64,000 nt of DNA from an uncultured Alphaproteobacteria bacterium. GTDB taxonomy: Bacteria; Pseudomonadota; Alphaproteobacteria; Rhizobiales; Hyphomicrobiaceae. The notes beneath the pieces are model-generated. The model made no database searches and was not told where the DNA came from. It worked only from the letters and a program-made list of their open reading frames with translations. The translations under genes were made by a program, and so were the position numbers. This document shows, one piece after another, positions 17,897 to 29,111 of this stretch; within the stretch, counting starts at the first letter, position 1, and every line of letters begins with the position of its first letter. The DNA is taken from the NCBI GenBank assembly GCA_963827545.1, contig CAWHBI010000048.1:43665-107664 (forward strand). The letters are read 5' to 3'.

Positions 17897-19573
17897 TCAG
17901 AACAGACCCTCGATCTGCCCCTTCTCGTTGAGCCTGATGGAGTTTGCGGCCGGCAGCTTGGGCAGGCCTGGCATGGTCATGATCTCGCCGGTGATGGCGA
18001 CGATGAACTCGGCGCCGGCCGAGAGCCTCAGCTCCCGGATCTGCACGACGTGGCCAGTGGGGGCTCCCTTCCGGTTCGGGTCGGTGGTGAAGGAGTACTG
18101 CGTCTTGGCCATGCAGATGGGGAGGTGACCGTAGCCGGCGGCCTGCAGGTCCTTGAACTGGTTGCGCACGCTGGTGTCGGCCACGATCTCGGAGGCGCGG
18201 TAAATCTCGGTGGCGATGGTCTTCACCTTGTCCCACAGCGGCATCTCGTCGGGGTAGAGCGGCTTGAACTTCGACTGCCCGCTGTCGGCCGTGTCGACGA
18301 CGTGGCGGGCGAGCGCCTCGATGCCCTTGCCGCCGTCCCCCCAGTGCGTGCACAGGAAGGCCTTGGCGCCGGCGCTCTCTGCCGCCTTCATGATCTCGGC
18401 GATCTCCTTGTCAGTGTCTGTGATGAAGCGGTTGATGGCGACGACCGCCGGCACGCCGAACTTGCGCATGTTGTCGAGGTGCCTCGTCAGGTTCTCGCAG
18501 CCCTTTGCGACGGCGGCGACGCTTTCTGTCTTCAAGTCATCCTTGGCCACACCGCCGTGCATCTTGAGCGCGCGCACGGTGGCGACGATGACGGCGGCCG
18601 CAGGCGTCAGGCCGGCCTTGCGGCATTTGATGTCGAAGAATTTCTCCGCGCCCAGGTCGGCGCCGAAGCCAGCCTCGGTGACCACGTAGTCGCAGAGCTT
18701 GAGGGCGGTCTTGGTGGCGAGCACGGAGTTGCAGCCGTGCGCGATGTTGGCGAACGGCCCGCCGTGGATGAAGACCGGGTTGTTCTCCAGCGTCTGCACC
18801 AGGTTCGGCATCAGCGCGTCCTTCAGCAACACGGTCATGGCGCCGTCGCCCTTGAGATCGCTCGCCTTGACCGGCTTCCTGTCGCGCGTGTAGCCGACGA
18901 CGATGTTGCCGAGCCGGCGCTCCAGGTCCTTCAGGTCCATGGCGAGGCACAGGATCGCCATCACCTCCGATGCCACGGTGATGTCGAAGCCGTCCTCGCG
19001 CGGGAAGCCGTTGGCGGTGCCGCCGAGCGAGTTGACGATCGACCGCAGCGCGCGGTCGTTCATGTCCATTACGCGGCGCCAGGCAATGCGTCGCCCATCG
19101 AGCCCCAGCGCGTTGCCCCAGTAAATGTGGTTATCGAGCAGTGCGGAGAGCAGGTTGTGAGCCGACGTGATGGCGTGGAAGTCGCCCGTGAAGTGAAGGT
19201 TGATATCCTCCATCGGCACTACCTGAGAGTAGCCCCCGCCGGCCGCGCCTCCCTTCACGCCGAAGCACGGTCCAAGTGAAGGCTCGCGCAGACAGCTCAT
19301 GGCCTTCTTGCCGATGCGGTTGAGGCCATCGCCGAGCCCAACCGTGGTCGTCGTCTTGCCCTCCCCGGCCGGCGTCGGGGTGATGGCGGTGACCAGGATC
19401 AGCTTGCCGTCCTTGTTCTTCTGCGCCGAGTTGATGAAGTCGAAGGAGACCTTGGCCTTGTAGGGCCCGTAGTTCAGCAGCGCGCTGTCGGGAATGCCGA
19501 TCCTCTTTCCGACCTCGGCGATCGGCTTCATCTTCGCTTCGCGCGCAATCTCGATGTCGGACTTCACGGCCAT
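17897..19573 (-). CDS. fhs: Formate--tetrahydrofolate ligase
   Basis: [18 protein letters not shown]..., [16 protein letters not shown] and full-length similarity to FTHFS. The ATG at 19573 has RBS GGAGGG. Confidence 0.95.
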   Translation of the reverse strand: MAVKSDIEIAREAKMKPIAEVGKRIGIPDSALLNYGPYKAKVSFDFINSAQKNKDGKLILVTAITPTPAGEGKTTTTVGLGDGLNRIGKKAMSCLREPSLGPCFGVKGGAAGGGYSQVVPMEDINLHFTGDFHAITSAHNLLSALLDNHIYWGNALGLDGRRIAWRRVMDMNDRALRSIVNSLGGTANGFPREDGFDITVASEVMAILCLAMDLKDLERRLGNIVVGYTRDRKPVKASDLKGDGAMTVLLKDALMPNLVQTLENNPVFIHGGPFANIAHGCNSVLATKTALKLCDYVVTEAGFGADLGAEKFFDIKCRKAGLTPAAAVIVATVRALKMHGGVAKDDLKTESVAAVAKGCENLTRHLDNMRKFGVPAVVAINRFITDTDKEIAEIMKAAESAGAKAFLCTHWGDGGKGIEALARHVVDTADSGQSKFKPLYPDEMPLWDKVKTIATEIYRASEIVADTSVRNQFKDLQAAGYGHLPICMAKTQYSFTTDPNRKGAPTGHVVQIRELRLSAGAEFIVAITGEIMTMPGLPKLPAANSIRLNEKGQIEGLF

Positions 19574-19617
19574 GGATTTCCCTCCTGCGCAACCGCGCGA
19601 GACACTTGCATTGAATT

Positions 19618-20550
19618 TCAGGATTTCGGTGCTGTCGGCTTCTCGAATGCATCGCCTGCCGTGACCCCCGCCGACTTCGCCCACTCGGCAGCAGGGACCT
19701 TCTTGCCGTCCGCACCGCGAACACGCTTGGCGAGGATGGCGCCGCCGCGGGCAGCAACCGTGATGCCCTGATCGTTCACCGCGAGAATATTGCCGGGGTT
19801 GCCGTCGCCGGAGACCTTTGCGGCATCGAAGATATCCACCTTCTGGCCTTTGATCGTGCTCCACGCGCCGGGCGCGGGGTTGGCGGCGCGGATCAGATTG
19901 TAGATGTCAGCGACCGGTTTCGCCCAGTCGATCTCGGCCACGTCCTTCTTGAACCAGCTCTCGTAGGTCTTCTTCGAGTGGTCTTGCGCGACCTTGGGCG
20001 CCTTGCCGGCGCGCACGAGATCGATGCTTTCCATCATGGCATCGACGCCGAGCGGAAACAGCTTCTTGAAGTAGACATCGCCCAGTGTCTCGTCCGGGCC
20101 GATGGCCACCTTCTTTTGCAACAGAACCGGCCCCTCATCGAGCCCCTCGTCCGGCCAGAAGATCGACAGCCCCGTCTCGGTGCGGCCCATGGCGATCGGC
20201 CAGTTGATCGACGAGGGCCCGCGGTGCAAGGGCAGCAGCGAGGGATGATACTGGATGGTGCCGAGCTTGGGCGCGTCGAGCACGGGCTGCGGAACGAACA
20301 GCGTCACATATGCCATAACGCACAAGTCCGCGTTGCATGATTTCATCAATTCCAACGCTTCCGGCATTTTCCAGCTCTTCGGCTGATGCACGGTGAGGCC
20401 CTTCTCGCGGGCGAACACTTTCAGCGGGTCCTCGGCCCGGCCTGCCTTGTCGGGCGCGCAGAAGACGGCAACGACGTTCTCCTTGCGATCCAGCAGCTTC
20501 TCGAGCACGGCCTTGCCGAAGGCCTCTTGTCCATGCACGACGATACGCAT
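19618..20550 (-). CDS. Formyltransferase-family protein (Fmt / 10-formyl-THF-utilising type)
   Basis: The formyl-transferase core is present ([39 protein letters not shown]), together with a C-terminal Fmt-like domain. Confidence 0.8.
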   Translation of the reverse strand: MRIVVHGQEAFGKAVLEKLLDRKENVVAVFCAPDKAGRAEDPLKVFAREKGLTVHQPKSWKMPEALELMKSCNADLCVMAYVTLFVPQPVLDAPKLGTIQYHPSLLPLHRGPSSINWPIAMGRTETGLSIFWPDEGLDEGPVLLQKKVAIGPDETLGDVYFKKLFPLGVDAMMESIDLVRAGKAPKVAQDHSKKTYESWFKKDVAEIDWAKPVADIYNLIRAANPAPGAWSTIKGQKVDIFDAAKVSGDGNPGNILAVNDQGITVAARGGAILAKRVRGADGKKVPAAEWAKSAGVTAGDAFEKPTAPKS

Positions 20551-20569
20551 CGGTTTCTCCGCCTTGGTT

Positions 20570-20679
20570 CCCTCTCCCCATACTTCATGGGGAGAGGGTT
20601 AGGGTGAGGGGCAGGAGCTTGCTCCGACACGTGCGGCCGCCCCTCACCCCGACCCTCTCCCCGCTTGCGGGGAGAGGGA
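20570..20679. repeat. REP-like palindromic repeat, family B, copy 1
   Basis: Nested hairpins CCCTCTCCCCAT..ATGGGGAGAGGG, GGGTGAGGGGC...GCCCCTCACCCC and CCCTCTCCCCGCTTGCGGGGAGAGGG. It matches 45450-45567 in the inverted order. Confidence 0.8.
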
Positions 20680-20687
20680 GCTTCCAT

Positions 20688-21965
20688 TCACTCCGCCGCT
20701 GCCTTTTTCTGAGGCTCCGTCGCGCCGGCCGCCTTGAGGGCGGAAACTTCATCAGCGCTGTAGCCGAGCACGTCGCGCAGGATCTCCTCGGTGTGCTCGC
20801 CCAACAGTGGCGAGCGCTTCACTTCCGAGGCGCTGTCCGACAGCTTGATCGGGTTGCCGACGGAGAGGTATTTGCCGCGGGTGGGATGATCGACCTCGAC
20901 CATGGTGCCGGTGGCATGCAGCGATTGGTCCTCGGCCAGTTCCTTCATGGAGAGGATCGGCCCGCAGGGAATATCGTACTTGTTGAGGATCTCCATGGCC
21001 TCGAACTTGGTCTTGGTCATGGTCCATCTTTCGATGCGGGCGAAGATCTCGTTCAGGCGCGGCAGGCGCGCGGGCGGCTTGGCGTAGTCGGGGTGCGTTT
21101 TCCAACCGGGCTCGCCGATGACGTCGCAGATCGCCTCCCAGACCGGCGCCTGGGTGATGAAGTAGATATAGGCGTTTGGGTCTTTCTCCCAGCCTTTGCA
21201 TTTCAGGATGCGCCCAGGTTGCCCGCCGCCCGAGTCGTTGCCGGCGCGCGGCACGGCCTCGCCGAATGGAACTCCCTCACCGTGTTGGCTGTATTCCGTG
21301 AGAGGTCCGTGCTTCAGACGCTGCTGATCGCGCATCTTCACGCGCGTCAGATTGAGGACACCGTCCTGCATGGCCACGGTTACGCGCTGGCCCTTGCCCG
21401 TCTTGGTGCGATGGTAGAGAGCGGTGACGATGCCGAGGCCCAGATGCAGGCCCGTTCCCGAGTCGCCGATCTGCGCGCCGGTCACCAACGGCGGACCATC
21501 GCGGAAGCCGGTGGTGGACGCCGCGCCGCCGGTGCATTGCGCAACGTTCTCGTAGACCTTGCAGTCCTCGTAGGGGCCGGGTCCGAAGCCCTTGATCGAT
21601 GCATAGATCATGCGCGGATTGAGCTGCTGGATGCGCTCCCAGGTGTACCCCATGCGGTCGAGCACGCCGGGTCCGAAGTTCTCTACCAGCACATCGCAGG
21701 CCTTGATCAGGCGCTCCAGCACCTCTTTACCCTTGAGGTTCTTGGTATCGAGCGTGATCGAGCGCTTGTTGTGGTTCAGCATCGTGAAATAAAGGCTGTC
21801 GGCCTTGGGAACGTCCTGCAGCTGACCGCGCGTGATGTCCCCGACGCCGGGGCGCTCCACTTTGATGACGTCGGCCCCGAACCAGGCGAGCAGCTGCGTG
21901 CAGGTGGGGCCCGCCTGCACATGGCTCAGGTCGAGGATGCGCACGCCTTCAAGTGCCTTGCCCAT
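20688..21965 (-). CDS. frc: Formyl-CoA:oxalate CoA-transferase
   Basis: [43 protein letters not shown] and [17 protein letters not shown] are collinear with Oxalobacter Frc as I remember it. The ATG at 21965 has RBS GGGAGG. Confidence 0.95.
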   Translation of the reverse strand: MGKALEGVRILDLSHVQAGPTCTQLLAWFGADVIKVERPGVGDITRGQLQDVPKADSLYFTMLNHNKRSITLDTKNLKGKEVLERLIKACDVLVENFGPGVLDRMGYTWERIQQLNPRMIYASIKGFGPGPYEDCKVYENVAQCTGGAASTTGFRDGPPLVTGAQIGDSGTGLHLGLGIVTALYHRTKTGKGQRVTVAMQDGVLNLTRVKMRDQQRLKHGPLTEYSQHGEGVPFGEAVPRAGNDSGGGQPGRILKCKGWEKDPNAYIYFITQAPVWEAICDVIGEPGWKTHPDYAKPPARLPRLNEIFARIERWTMTKTKFEAMEILNKYDIPCGPILSMKELAEDQSLHATGTMVEVDHPTRGKYLSVGNPIKLSDSASEVKRSPLLGEHTEEILRDVLGYSADEVSALKAAGATEPQKKAAAE

Positions 21966-22085
21966 GTGGGCCTCCCTAGTCGCATTCGCTTGGCCTTGTG
22001 GCCTTGCTGCTTTCAACTTGTCGAACCACGACATCGATGATCTCCCGGACCCTCGTGCCAAAAGCTCTTAGCCACCGCCCTTTCG

Positions 22086-22694
22086 CTAGTCTCCCTCCAT
22101 CGAGCGCCCCGTGGTCGAGGACAGCGTTGGGTCTTCGAATTCGATGTCGCGATACAGTTGTGACACGCTTAGAGTCAGGCCCACGCTCTCGAGCGTTACG
22201 GTATTGTCCCGCTGATAGAATTCGCGCTGCCGGTCTGTCCGTCGGCGGAAAAGCTCAAGCTCGATGGCGTCCTGCGCGAGTAGGCCATACTCGGAGAGCG
22301 AAGGAATTCGCTTGTACGCCTCGAATTTCTCTGTGCGGTCGATCCGTTCGGTCGTCGGTGATAAGACCTCCACCACGAGGACCGCGCTGTCGCGCGAGTA
22401 ACGCTCGCGGTCGCCAGGATCACAGGCGACGAAAATGTCGGGATAGTAGTAGCGTTCATCGTCATTGCTCTTGATGCGCAATTTCATCTCAGCGCTGAAC
22501 ACTCGACAATGCTGCGGAACATGCCCCAGCAGGACTGCCGCCAGGCGACCGCGAATGAGATTGTGCCGGTCGCTCGCGCCCGCCATCGCATAGACGACAC
22601 CGTTGACGAACTCGTGCCGCCACGATCCATCGTTCTCGGCGGCGAGATAATCGGCTGCCGATATGCGCGTGAACTTGCGGTTGGTTTGCGACAT
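22086..22694 (-). CDS. Uma2-family (DUF820) putative endonuclease
   Basis: WRHEFVNGVVYAMAGASDRHN ... YYPDIFVACD ... VVEVLSPTTERIDRTEKFEAYKRIPSLSEY is typical of the Uma2/PD-(D/E)XK-like family. Confidence 0.8.
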   Translation of the reverse strand: MSQTNRKFTRISAADYLAAENDGSWRHEFVNGVVYAMAGASDRHNLIRGRLAAVLLGHVPQHCRVFSAEMKLRIKSNDDERYYYPDIFVACDPGDRERYSRDSAVLVVEVLSPTTERIDRTEKFEAYKRIPSLSEYGLLAQDAIELELFRRRTDRQREFYQRDNTVTLESVGLTLSVSQLYRDIEFEDPTLSSTTGRSMEGD

Positions 22695-22700
22695 GGACGA

Positions 22701-24443
22701 CTATTTCTTCTTCACCACGCTTTGCGGGTTGAGGTTGCCAATTCTGCCGCTCTCGCTGCCGGCCGCAGGGTCGATCACCGCGTTGATGAGGGTCGGCTTG
22801 CCGGAGTCCATGGCCTGGTTGACGGCGCGGCGCAGCTCGTCGGGCGTTGTCACGCGGACGCCAACGCCGCCGAATGCTTCGATCATCTTGTCGTAGCGCG
22901 AGTCCTTGACGAAGACGGTCGTCGCTACGTCCGGACCGCCCGTCGGATTGACGTCGGTGCCGCGATAGATGCCGTTGTTGTTGAAGATCACGACGCAGAC
23001 CGGCAGATTGTACCGGCAGATCGTCTCCACCTCCATCCCGGAGAAGCCAAACGCGCTGTCGCCTTCGACCGCGAGCACGGGCTTGCCGGTCTCGATGGCT
23101 GCGCCGATGGCGAAGCCCATGCCGATGCCCATGACGCCCCAGGTGCCGACGTCCAGGCGCTTGCGCGGCTTGTACATATCGATGACGCCGCGCGCGAGAT
23201 CGAGCGTGTTGGCGCCTTCGTTGACGAGGATGGTATCGGGCCGCTCTTTGATGACGGCGCGCAGCGCACCGAGCGCGCCGTGGAAGTCCATCGGCGCCGA
23301 GTTCTTCATCAGCCTCGGCGCCATCTTGGCGATGTTCTCTTCCCTTTTCGCCTTGACGGCGTTGGTCCAGTCGGCCGGCGGTGCCGGCCACTTGCCGTCT
23401 AGCCCATGGAGAAGTGCCGACACGCAGGAGCCGATATCGCCGACCACGGGAGCGACGATCTCGACGTTTGAGTCCATCTCCTTGGGCTCGATGTCGATCT
23501 GGATGAACTTCTTCGATCCGGGTTCACCCCAGGTCTTGCCCTTGCCGTGCGACAGCAGCCAGTTGAGGCGTGCGCCGATCAGCATCACGACGTCGGCGTC
23601 TTTCAGCACCGTCGAGCGCGCAGCACCCGCACACTGCGGATGTGTGTCGGGCAGAAGACCCTTGGCCATGCTCATCGGCAGGAAAGGAATGCCGCTCTTC
23701 TCGACCAGGGCGCGGATCGCGTCATCGGCCTGCGCGTAAGCCGCGCCCTTGCCGAGAATGATCAGAGGGCGCTTGGCGCTCTTCAGGACATCGAGCGCAC
23801 GCTGGATGGCAGCCGGAGCGGGAATCTGGGCCGGCGCTGGATCGATGACCTTGACGAGCGACTTGGCGCCAGCTTCAGCACTCATGACCTGAGAGAAAAG
23901 CTTGGCCGGCAGATCGAGATAGACGCCGCCTGGACGGCCCGACAAAGCCGCGCGGATCGCGCGCGCCACGCCGATGCCGATGTCTGCGGCGTGCAGCACG
24001 CGGAAGGCCGCCTTGCAGAGCGGCTTGGCGATCGCGAGCTGGTCCATCTCCTCGTAGTCGCCCTGCTGCAGGTCGACGATCTCGCGCTCGGACGAGCCCG
24101 AGATCAGGATCATCGGGAAGCAGTTGGTCGTGGCATTCGCGAGCGCCGTCAGGCCGTTGAGAAAGCCAGGAGCCGAAACCGTGAGGCAGACGCCAGGCTT
24201 CTTCGTAAGGTAGCCGGCGATCGCAGCCGCGTTGCCGGCATGCTGCTCGTGCCGAAACGAGATGACTCGAATGCCTGCGGCCTGGGCAAAACGGCCCAGA
24301 TCTGTGATCGGGATGCCGGGCACGCCATAGATCGTGTTGATGTCGTTGAGCTTGAGCGCATCGATGACGAGGTGAAAGCCGTCCGTCAGCTCCTGCTCTC
24401 CTCCGGCTGCATTTGCATCAATGCTCTGCACTGTTGCGGACAT
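22701..24443 (-). CDS. oxc: Oxalyl-CoA decarboxylase (ThDP-dependent)
   Basis: The ThDP-enzyme architecture is present ([10 protein letters not shown]; [22 protein letters not shown]) and the gene neighbours frc. The ATG at 24443 has RBS GGAGGGAGGGAG. Confidence 0.95.
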   Translation of the reverse strand: MSATVQSIDANAAGGEQELTDGFHLVIDALKLNDINTIYGVPGIPITDLGRFAQAAGIRVISFRHEQHAGNAAAIAGYLTKKPGVCLTVSAPGFLNGLTALANATTNCFPMILISGSSEREIVDLQQGDYEEMDQLAIAKPLCKAAFRVLHAADIGIGVARAIRAALSGRPGGVYLDLPAKLFSQVMSAEAGAKSLVKVIDPAPAQIPAPAAIQRALDVLKSAKRPLIILGKGAAYAQADDAIRALVEKSGIPFLPMSMAKGLLPDTHPQCAGAARSTVLKDADVVMLIGARLNWLLSHGKGKTWGEPGSKKFIQIDIEPKEMDSNVEIVAPVVGDIGSCVSALLHGLDGKWPAPPADWTNAVKAKREENIAKMAPRLMKNSAPMDFHGALGALRAVIKERPDTILVNEGANTLDLARGVIDMYKPRKRLDVGTWGVMGIGMGFAIGAAIETGKPVLAVEGDSAFGFSGMEVETICRYNLPVCVVIFNNNGIYRGTDVNPTGGPDVATTVFVKDSRYDKMIEAFGGVGVRVTTPDELRRAVNQAMDSGKPTLINAVIDPAAGSESGRIGNLNPQSVVKKK

Positions 24444-24669
24444 CTGGCTCCCTCCCTCCAAATTTTTCTCTGCACCCGCTCGGCTATGCTTAGAGGGCGA
24501 GGGCCGCGCCCCGCTCGTGCCGCACGCCGACGCCCTCGGCTCCAAGCGCCTTGGCCACCAGATGGCCGCCCGAGAGCACGCTGCCATCCTGTGTCTTCGT
24601 CTTCAGCGTGTCTTCAGCCGCCATCGCAACCCTTCTGTATCCCTGCTCGTTTCATGCGTTTCATCGCAA

Positions 24670-25356
24670 TCAATCGATTTCCACGAACCGATCGACGTGG
24701 TCTCTCAGTCGCAAGGTGTGCTCGCGCACCAGGCGCTCGGCCCGCTCCGTGTCGCGCGCTTCCAGTGCGACGACGATATCCTTGTGATCGACGATCGAAC
24801 GCTTGGCGCGATCCTGCTCGAAAATGGTGCGCTGCCTTATGGCGCGCACATGGAAGAACAGCGCATCGGTGATATCGGCAATCAGCGGGTTCTTGCCCAA
24901 TCCGATGATGGCCTGATGGAACTTGATGTTGGCGTCGGAGTACTCGCCCATCTTGGCGGCAATCTTGTCCTGCGAAAACTGGTCGACCAGCGTGTGCAGC
25001 GCGGCGAGCTCGTCGGAGCTGGCCTCCTTGGTCGCAAGCCGCGCCGCCATGCTCTCCAGCGCTGCCCACACCGTGATCATGTCGAGGATCTCGGCCTTGG
25101 TCTTGCGCACGATGAAGATGCCGCGGCGCGCGACAATCCTGACGAGACCTTCTTGGTCGAGCTGCGCGAGCGCCTCGCGCAGCGGGGTGCGGCTCACCCC
25201 GAAGCGCTGCGACAAGTCACGCTCGTCGAGGCGCAGCTCCGCGTCGTCGGCGTAGATGTTCATGTTGGTGATCGCGGCCTTCAGCGCTTCGTAAGCTCGC
25301 GCCTTCAGGCTCAGGCCTTCGCCTATCGGAGCGATCTTGAGCTGGGTATCGGCCAT
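24670..25356 (-). CDS. GntR-family transcriptional regulator, FadR/FCD subfamily
   Basis: N-terminal wHTH (LDERDLSQRFGVSRTPLREALAQLDQEGLV) plus a C-terminal FCD-like helical domain. Confidence 0.85.
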   Translation of the reverse strand: MADTQLKIAPIGEGLSLKARAYEALKAAITNMNIYADDAELRLDERDLSQRFGVSRTPLREALAQLDQEGLVRIVARRGIFIVRKTKAEILDMITVWAALESMAARLATKEASSDELAALHTLVDQFSQDKIAAKMGEYSDANIKFHQAIIGLGKNPLIADITDALFFHVRAIRQRTIFEQDRAKRSIVDHKDIVVALEARDTERAERLVREHTLRLRDHVDRFVEID

Positions 25357-25414
25357 GTCACACCTGACACGCGCAGATGCTCCCCTAGTCTTGGCAGAGC
25401 ATCTTGTGGTGGTT

Positions 25415-25435
25415 TCTGGTATACCATACACCAGA
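25415..25435. promoter_or_regulatory. Candidate GntR/FadR-type operator
   Basis: TCTGGTATACCATACACCAGA contains the perfect palindrome TGGTATACCA (25417-25426). This fits the t.GT...AC.a pattern. It lies in the divergent gntR/tctA intergenic region. Confidence 0.45.
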
Positions 25436-25573
25436 GCCATCCGTGCGGCAAGCGAGGATGGTCGCCGGTAGCTGATCAGGTCTTGCGGTCATGCGCTTCG
25501 ATATTACAATTCAGTCTGACGATCAGTTGGCTCAGTTTCTTCTTCTGATTGCAACGGCTCTGCATCTGACAAA

Positions 25574-25616
25574 TGGTATATTGCGTCGGTGCATCGTTTG
25601 GCACAATGTATACCAG
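25574..25616. promoter_or_regulatory. Candidate paired half-operators upstream of tctA
   Basis: TGGTATATTG (25574-) and CAATGTATACCA (-25615) form an inverted pair related to TGGTATACCA. Confidence 0.35.
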
Positions 25617-25705
25617 ACGCGGCGAAACACAATGGACGTGTCCCAAAGTCAAGTCCAGGCTGGCGTGTGGGGAGCTAGAGGGGAAACGAGGGGAAGGGAA
25701 ACGGT

Positions 25706-27253
25706 GTGGACGAGATCAACTCGCTCATTGGTGGCTTCAAGGTCGCGCTCTCCTGGTACAACGTCGCGTTGATGCTGATCGGCATACTGCTCGGCGTCAT
25801 CATCGGTGTGCTGCCTGGCCTCGGCGGCGCCAACGGGGTGGCGATCCTGCTGCCGCTCACGTTTACCATGCCCCCCACCTCCGCCATCATCATGCTGTCC
25901 TGCATCTATTGGGGCGCTCTGTTCGGGGGGGCCATCACCTCCATCCTCTTCAACATTCCGGGAGAGCCCTGGTCGGTGGCCACAACCTTCGATGGCCATC
26001 CCATGGCGCAGCAAGGCCGGGCTGACGAGGCCCTGACGGCCGCCTTCACCTCGTCCTTCGTCGGCGCGCTGGTGGCGGTAGTCATGATCACGTTCCTCGC
26101 CCCGCTGATCGCCAAGTTCGCCTTGCAGTTCGGACCGGCCGAATTCTTCTCCGTCTACTTCCTCACCTTTGCAAGTTTCGTCGGCATGGGGCGGGGCTCG
26201 CCTTTCAAGGTGCTGGCGGCGATGTGCCTCGGGTTCGCGCTGGGCTCCGTCGGCCTGGACAAGATGACCGGCACGCTGCGCATGACCTTCGGACAGGACC
26301 ATCTGCTGGTCGGTTTCGACTTCCTCATTGCGGTTATCGGCCTGTTTGGCATCGGCGAGATCCTCTCCTCCATGGAGGCAGGGCTCAAGTTCACCGGCTC
26401 CACCGCCACCATCCGGCTCAACGCCGTGCTGCAGACCTGGAAGAAACTGTTGAGCTACTGGGTGACCTCGATCCGCAGTTGCATCGTGGGCTGCTGGATG
26501 GGCATCACGCCGGGCGGTGCAACGCCGGCGTCCTTCATGAGCTACGGCCTTGCCAAACGTTTCTCCAGCCGCGGAGACAGATTCGGCAAGGGCGAGATTG
26601 AGGGCGTGGTGGCACCGGAGACTGCAGCGCACGCGGCTGGCACCAGCGCGCTTCTACCCATGCTGACGCTTGGCATTCCCGGTTCGCCAACGGCGGCCGT
26701 GCTTCTTGGCGGCTTGCTGATCTGGGGCCTGCAGCCGGGGCCGATGCTGTTCATCGAGCAGAAGGATTTCGTGTGGGGGCTGATCGCGTCGATGTACCTC
26801 GGCAACATCGCCGGCCTGATCGTGGTCCTCACCTGCGTGCCACTGTTTGCAGCGATCCTACGCGTGCCGTTCTCCATTATCGCGCCCGTCATCCTCGTCA
26901 TCTGTGCGGTGGGCGCCTACACCGTGCACAATTCCATGTTCGACGTGTGGATGATGCTGGCGTTCGGCGTCGCCGGTTACATCTTCAACAAGCTCGGCTA
27001 TCCGTTGCCGCCGCTGGTGCTTGCGATCGTGCTCGGCGATCGGGCTGAGGAGGCTTTCCGGCAGGCCATGCTAGGATCGCAAGGCAGCCTGACGGTGTTC
27101 TTCTCGAACTGGCTGGTCGGCTCGATCATGGGGTTGGGCGTGATCTTGTTGTTGTGGCCGCTCATGACTTGGCTGCGGGACAGGCGGCGCACGGCGGATA
27201 CTCGCGCAGTCGCGGCTCCGGCTGGAGCCGCGGTCGTGGATCGCGAGCGCTGA
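25706..27253 (+). CDS. tctA: Tripartite tricarboxylate transporter permease, TctA family
   Basis: 515-aa polytopic membrane protein with GVLPGLGGANGVAILLPLTF and GITPGGATPASFMSYG, typical of TctA. GTG start. Confidence 0.9.
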   Translation: MDEINSLIGGFKVALSWYNVALMLIGILLGVIIGVLPGLGGANGVAILLPLTFTMPPTSAIIMLSCIYWGALFGGAITSILFNIPGEPWSVATTFDGHPMAQQGRADEALTAAFTSSFVGALVAVVMITFLAPLIAKFALQFGPAEFFSVYFLTFASFVGMGRGSPFKVLAAMCLGFALGSVGLDKMTGTLRMTFGQDHLLVGFDFLIAVIGLFGIGEILSSMEAGLKFTGSTATIRLNAVLQTWKKLLSYWVTSIRSCIVGCWMGITPGGATPASFMSYGLAKRFSSRGDRFGKGEIEGVVAPETAAHAAGTSALLPMLTLGIPGSPTAAVLLGGLLIWGLQPGPMLFIEQKDFVWGLIASMYLGNIAGLIVVLTCVPLFAAILRVPFSIIAPVILVICAVGAYTVHNSMFDVWMMLAFGVAGYIFNKLGYPLPPLVLAIVLGDRAEEAFRQAMLGSQGSLTVFFSNWLVGSIMGLGVILLLWPLMTWLRDRRRTADTRAVAAPAGAAVVDRER

Positions 27254-27315
27254 AAGGGGCCAGCCAAAATCGCCCGACCATAAAACCAAAAGCAACCACA
27301 ACGAAGGAGGAAACA

Positions 27316-28376
27316 ATGGTGACGCACTCAAGAACTCGAGGCCTAGTAGTGGGCCAGGCGTTGCACGCCATGCCGCCTGCGTCGGCACCCTGGCTGCAGC
27401 CGCAGCCCTGTTGGCATCTCCGCCCCCGGCCGGCGCGCAGGGCTGGGAACCGACCAAGCCCATCCAGTTCATCATTCCGGCCGGCACCGGTGGTGGCGCC
27501 GATCAGATGGCTCGTTTCATTCAGGGTGCGGTCGCCAAGAACAATCTGTCGAAGCAGCCGATCATCACCGTGAACAAGGCGGGCGGTGCAGGGGCCGAAG
27601 GTTTCCTGGAGGTCAAGAAATCCGCTGGTGACGCGCACACCGTCATCATCACGCTGTCCAACCTCTTCACCACCCCCAATGCGACCGGCGTGCCATTCAG
27701 CTGGAAGGACATGACGCCCGTTGCCATGCTGGCACTCGACCAGTTCGTGCTCTGGGTAAACGCCGAGACGCCCTACAAGACGGCAAAGGATTACATCGAC
27801 GCCGTCAAAGCCGGCGACGACAGGACGTTCAAAATGGGCGGCACTGGTTCAAAGCAGGAAGACCAGATCATCACCGTGGCGCTGGAGAAGCTCACCGCAC
27901 CCAAGAAGTTCACCTATGTGCCCTACAGCGGGGGCGGTGCAGTCGCGGTCCAGCTCGTCGGCAAGCACGTCAACTCCACCGTGAACAACCCGATCGAGGC
28001 GGTTTCGCAGTGGAAGGCAGGCGCCCTGCGCCCGCTGTGCATCTTCGACGGGAAGCGCAGCGTCTATACGCAAAAAGTCACGACCGACATGGCCTGGTCC
28101 GACATTCCCACATGCAAGGAGGTTGGCGTCAACACGGAGTATCAGATGCTGCGCGGCATCTTCATGCCGCCGGGTGTCAAGCAGGAGCAGGTCGACTACT
28201 ACGTCGACCTCTTCAAGAAGGTCATGGCGACTGACGATTGGAAAAGGTTCATGGAAGAGGGCGCCTTCAACCAGACCTTCATGACGGGCGGTGAGTTCAA
28301 GGGCTGGGTCGAGAACAACGACAAGCTCCACTACGACCTCATGAAGGAAGCGGGCTTCCTCGCAGCCGGCAAGTAA
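27316..28376 (+). CDS. tctC: Bug/TctC-family periplasmic substrate-binding protein, with an apparent frameshift in the signal-peptide region
   Basis: The mature domain (27411 onward: IQFIIPAGTGGGADQMARF...) is Bug/TctC-like. The strong RBS and ATG (GAAGGAGGAAACAATG, ATG at 27316) are in a different frame. The hydrophobic core AACVGTLAAAAALLASPPPAGAQ is in the frame of the mature domain, downstream of a TAG at 27345. Confidence 0.75.
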
Positions 28377-28454
28377 GAGGATGGGTTCAGCGTCGCGGCC
28401 GAACCTTGCGGGCGGCCGCACGCGTGCTCCAAGAAAAGAAAGGACTGACGCGGT

Positions 28455-28997
28455 ATGCAGAACGAGGACAGAGCCCCTGAAGGCCGGCCGCTGGTGTCCA
28501 ATCGAACGATGGAGGCCGTCATCGCTCTGCTGCTGCTGGTCGGGAGCGGCATCGTAATCTACGATAGCACTCGACTGGGCTTCCGCTGGATCGACGGTGA
28601 AGGACCGGCTCCCGGCTACTATCCGTTCTGGGTTGCGGTGATCCTGGGCATCGCCAGTCTGGTCAACCTGGCGAGTGCGGTGCGCGGACACGGCGCAGGC
28701 GAAATCTTCGTATCCTTGCGGCCGTTTGGCCGCGTGCTGGCCGTGCTGGTCCCCAGTCTGGCCTACGTCGCACTCATCGGCGGGCTCTCGATCGGGCCCG
28801 TCGAGGTTCCTGCCCTCGGCATCTATGTGGCCTCCGCGATCTTCATATTTGCTTTCATGATCGCCGTTGGCCGCGAGAACCCCCTGAAAGCGATGGGCGT
28901 CGCGATGGTTGCGCCCGTCGCCCTGTTCTTCATGTTCGAGAAATGGTTCCTGGTGCCCCTGCCGAAGGGGCCGCTGGAGGCGTGGCTGGGCTATTGA
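28455..28997 (+). CDS. tctB: Tripartite tricarboxylate transporter small membrane subunit, TctB family
   Basis: 180 aa with about 4 TM helices, located next to TctA and TctC. Confidence 0.7.
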   Translation: MQNEDRAPEGRPLVSNRTMEAVIALLLLVGSGIVIYDSTRLGFRWIDGEGPAPGYYPFWVAVILGIASLVNLASAVRGHGAGEIFVSLRPFGRVLAVLVPSLAYVALIGGLSIGPVEVPALGIYVASAIFIFAFMIAVGRENPLKAMGVAMVAPVALFFMFEKWFLVPLPKGPLEAWLGY

Positions 28998-29111
28998 CCC
29001 GGCGGTAGCGCTCAGCCACCACCCCTTCTCGCCTTGCCGGGGAGTACCGCCGGCCCCAGCGAACGAGCGAAGGCGGCCCGCCCGGTCCGCGCGATCGCCG
29101 GGGGCCCATTA

